NCBI GenBank assembly: GCA_040219255.1
Contig: JAVJSW010000030.1
Span: forward strand, 17,794-81,793
DNA from: Sumerlaeia bacterium
Lineage (GTDB): Bacteria; Sumerlaeota; Sumerlaeia; SLMS01; JAHLLQ01
DNA: 64,000 nt
Direction of reading: 5' to 3'
A program made the translations under genes and the position numbers. Each line of letters starts with the position of its first letter. The first letter of the stretch is position 1. The notes beneath the pieces are model-generated. The model saw only the letters and a list, made by a program, of their open reading frames with translations, did no database searches and was not told where the DNA came from. Of the stretch, positions 60,968-64,000 are shown in pieces.

Positions 60968-62338
60968 ATGACAACTCTGACTCTTCCCCTCAAAAAAGAC
61001 GACCCCATTCTGGCCACGGAACCGCCGGTCCGCATCGGCATTATCCTTGAGCAAGACGCCACCACGGAAATCCCCGTCATGCTGCCCGAGGGCACCACGG
61101 TCCGCCTGGGCGAAGGCGCGCCCGTGCCGGTCTCCGGCGCCGCGAAGATCGGCGTCAAGTCCCCCACCGAACTGACCCTGGTCCTGGCCGACGGTGCCCA
61201 ACCCGCCACCGGCGCCCTCTTGACCCTGGCCCATCCCGACAGCACCGCTCACCCCGTTGAGGTGCAGGGCGTGGTGGCGGGGCGCGGGTTCCACTGGGAG
61301 AAGCGCGTCACGATCCGCTACAGCGGCGAACTCGAATTCCGCGTTCAGAACGGCGCCATCGTCATGGTCAACACGCTGCCCCTGGAGGACTACCTCCTCG
61401 GCGTCGTGACCAGCGAAATGAGCGGCGAATGCCCCATCGCCTACATCAAAGCCCAGGCCGTGGCCGCCCGCGCCTGGCTCCTGGCCCAGCCCCGGCCGCC
61501 CCATCCGGGCCAGCCCTTCCTGTGGTGCAACGATGACTGTTGCCAGCGCTATCAGGGCGTCGATGGCTGGAACGACCGCGCCCGCCAGGGCATCGACGAA
61601 TGCCGCGGCGAGGTCCTCATCACCGCCAGCGGCGCCCTCTGCGACGCGCGCTACAGCAAATCCACCGGCGGCATCAGCGAGGACGCTCACTCTGTCTGGC
61701 CCGAAGACATCGAAGGCCTCGTCGCCATCCCTGACGCGCCGAAGGGTTCCGAGGTCGAGCACTTCTTCCCCGTTACGGACGACAACATCGTCGAGTACCT
61801 GACCGGCGATTGGCTGCGCGGCACCGACTGCTTCGCCAGCCCGAACGTCGTGTCTGAGGATTCGATCACGAAGTACCTGGGCCGGGTGGATGAGGCGGGT
61901 GAATACTTCCGCTGGCGCGTGCCGCTGACCCATGCCCAGTTGGCCGAGTCGCTGACCAACCGGGGGGGGCTGAAAGACATTGGCCGCATCACGGACCTGG
62001 TGCCGCTGAGCCGGGGCCGCAGCGGGCGTCTGGAGCAACTTCGGGTGGAATGGAAAACCCCCTCCGGCGAAAGCCGCGAAGCCGTCATTCAATCCGAATA
62101 CAACATCCGCGCGGCCATGTCGTCCAAGTTCCTGTTCAGCAGTTGCTTCCTCATCGAAGACATCGCCCGCGGCTCCGATGGCGCCATCGAGAGCCTGACT
62201 CTCGTGGGCGGCGGCTGGGGCCACGGAGCCGGCCTCTGCCAGATCGGTGGCCTCGGCCGGGCGCTCAAGGGCCAGGACTACAAGACGATCCTGCTGCACT
62301 ACTTCCAGGGGGTGACGCTGGAGAAACTATACGCGTAA
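60968..62338 (+). CDS. SpoIID/LytB-domain protein (lytic-transglycosylase-like)
   Basis: VN.LPLEDYL.GVV.SEM, KAQAVAAR, CQRYQG, GGGWGHG.GLCQ.G, IL.HY. Confidence 0.9.
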   Translation: MTTLTLPLKKDDPILATEPPVRIGIILEQDATTEIPVMLPEGTTVRLGEGAPVPVSGAAKIGVKSPTELTLVLADGAQPATGALLTLAHPDSTAHPVEVQGVVAGRGFHWEKRVTIRYSGELEFRVQNGAIVMVNTLPLEDYLLGVVTSEMSGECPIAYIKAQAVAARAWLLAQPRPPHPGQPFLWCNDDCCQRYQGVDGWNDRARQGIDECRGEVLITASGALCDARYSKSTGGISEDAHSVWPEDIEGLVAIPDAPKGSEVEHFFPVTDDNIVEYLTGDWLRGTDCFASPNVVSEDSITKYLGRVDEAGEYFRWRVPLTHAQLAESLTNRGGLKDIGRITDLVPLSRGRSGRLEQLRVEWKTPSGESREAVIQSEYNIRAAMSSKFLFSSCFLIEDIARGSDGAIESLTLVGGGWGHGAGLCQIGGLGRALKGQDYKTILLHYFQGVTLEKLYA

Positions 62339-62423
62339 GACATGTGAAAACGGCGGCTTGCGCGACCCCTGTCTGTGGCCAATCGAGGGCCTTCGGGAAG
62401 ATCGATCCGTCCATTCCCTCTAG

Positions 62424-62983
62424 CCCAACCTCCGCAGTAACGCGCGCACACTCATTGGTATACTTCGGCTTACGTGATCTAGACCGTCGGAGTCGGCACT
62501 ACATTCTGGAAGCGTTTTGCCCGATTCGGCAGCCGCAGTCGCAGGGCGTGCAGGAGCGTGCGGGAGCTTCCCTCCGGCGTGCCGACGAGGCGAAGGCGGA
62601 TTTCACGCTCTTCCTCGCCGCCGGGGCGCGCCGTCAGCACGAGATCCAGCGAACGCACCTCTTTCATTTCCGCCAGCAGTTTGTCCGGCGCCGTCCCGAG
62701 ACCCAACTCGCGCATTCACAGCGAGAGCGTCCGCCGCATGCAAAGCGCCAGGAAGCAGGTGAGGCTGTGGGCGTCGGCGCGGCCGCTCGACCCGCACGCG
62801 GGAGACATCGGCCTGGGGGGCGAAAGAGATTTCGCCCGATTCTCTCTCACACCGCGCCGCGATTCCACAAGGGGGTGGTCGCCACGACAAGGCGTTTGAA
62901 CCCGGCAAGGGCAAAAAACCGGGACTTGCTCCTGAGAATAGGAGGTCAAATTCGATTCTGGAGGGGAAGGTGTCGAGGTTGGT
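62424..62983 (-). mobile_element. Internally deleted IS1634-family element (MITE-like, 560 bp)
   Basis: Ends CCCAACCTCCGCAG and reverse complement ACCAACCTCGACAC; flanks CTAG / GTAG; only the transposase C-terminus AH...CFLALC...L.LP...NVVP is retained, with an in-frame stop. Confidence 0.75.
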
Positions 62984-63494
62984 GTAGTCTTCGGGCGCTC
63001 AAGCGGGTGGCCGACAGACATTCCGTTGGCCGATGTGGCAGGCGCCATCGTCGCTCCCCCAACGGACCCCGGCCAGCCAACACTCCTGGTTCGGAATCGC
63101 GATGGCCGTCATCGGCGACTACATCGGCGATGGCATGCCCGAACTCCTGATCGGTAGCGAACAGTTTGACGACTGCTTCACCTGGACTTGCAACCGCGAA
63201 GCCTCCGGGGTGATCGCCGTCCTCTTTGGCAAGCCAGGTGGCTTCGGCCCCATCCTTTCCCTCGACGACGCCGATATCCGCTGGATCGACGAAGACAGTC
63301 AGAACGGACGCGAAGGAGCCCTTGGTGCCCCCATCGTCTTGCCCGGCGACATCGACGGCGACGGCTTTGGCGACCTCCTCCTCCTCGCCGCCGAATCCTC
63401 CGACGAGCAGTACAACGGAGGTGAAGCCTACATCCTCTTCGGCGGGCCGGACTTGGCCGACTGACAGCGAATCGACAAACGATATCCCCCGCGA
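62984..63494 (+). pseudogene. FG-GAP/integrin-alpha repeat gene fragment
   Basis: VVFGRSSGW, then a frameshift, then FG.A...GD..GDG..ELLIG, GD.DGDG..DL, G.AYILFG; bounded by IS1634 and IS66. Confidence 0.7.
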
Positions 63495-64000
63495 GTAAAC
63501 GTCCTACGAGCCCCATCTTGACCTTCGCCGGGGCCCTGTGCGATTCTGCCTCCTCATTTTATACACGGAGAGCAGGTCATGGAACACAGCCCCACCGGCT
63601 TCATATCCGGCGCGAAGCGAACGCACTGGCAGGCAGCTGTCGCTCAGCAGGAGCTTAGCGGACTCTCGGCCGCCGCCTTCTGCCGCGAGCAAGGCTTGAG
63701 CTATCAGTCGTTTATCTCTTGGCGCAAGCGCTTAGCCACCGAAGGGCGGGGCGACGTGGAACACGATCGGCAAGGCGGCCGGACCGCTTCGGAGTCGCGG
63801 GCGATCAGCTTCCGCGAGGTGCGTGTTTCGCAGGTTGGGGAAGATAAAATCGATAAAACCGATGGTCATGCGCTGGGCCGGAACGTTCAAGATCGCGGCG
63901 CCTGGCTGGAGGTCGTGATCGGTCCGGCGACGGTGCGCGTGCCGCCGGCTTTCGACGAGGGCGATTTGCGCCGGATCCTGGCTGCGTTGGCGAGCGTAAC
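63495..64000 (+). mobile_element. IS66-family element, left end
   Basis: Terminal GTAAACGTCCTACGAGCCCCATCTT at 63495 followed by tnpA. Confidence 0.85.
63579..64000 (+). CDS. tnpA: IS66 accessory protein TnpA (runs off the window)
   Basis: W...V.QQ..SGLS.AAFCRE.GL....F..WRKRL...F.EV...LEV......VRVP..FD...L..IL.AL. Confidence 0.85.
   Translation, partial: MEHSPTGFISGAKRTHWQAAVAQQELSGLSAAAFCREQGLSYQSFISWRKRLATEGRGDVEHDRQGGRTASESRAISFREVRVSQVGEDKIDKTDGHALGRNVQDRGAWLEVVIGPATVRVPPAFDEGDLRRILAALASV

Noticed and set aside
62716-63464. TGA codons at likely Trp positions in the IS1634 remnant and the FG-GAP fragment (possible alternative genetic code)
   Set aside because: Both lie in decayed sequence and TGG to TGA is a single transition; intact host genes end in TGA, including ATGA overlaps.

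Overview
GC-rich bacterial chromosome segment, mostly housekeeping and envelope genes. The pilin-like protein style and a C-terminal 'VxxWxLF/Y' tail suggest Candidatus Sumerlaeota/BRC1; this is an inference from recalled protein styles, not a database result. Contents in order: amt (partial), a DnaC/DnaI-like ATPase and a DnaD-like protein, glnA-glnB, scpA-scpB-rluB, rimO, an AttEFGH-like ABC/lipocalin locus with a pilin-like gene inserted, an HDAC-family deacetylase followed by an apparently inactive GH2, an NtrC-type regulator, aroQ-sfsA, an SLC13/TrkA-C transporter, a large FG-GAP secreted protein followed by a 49-aa YxxP peptide, an FHA-GAF histidine kinase operon, tyrS, a BCCT transporter fused to an FN3 domain, and a SpoIID-family gene. 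The right end is decayed, with an IS21 remnant, an internally deleted IS1634 and the start of an IS66. Best candidate for an undescribed system: the FG-GAP protein (VELxxF/WxT/GFxVYR Ig-like domain plus a possible C-terminal sorting tail) co-transcribed with an orphan RiPP-precursor-like peptide. No rRNA, tRNA or CRISPR array was recognised. All family assignments come from motif recognition by eye.
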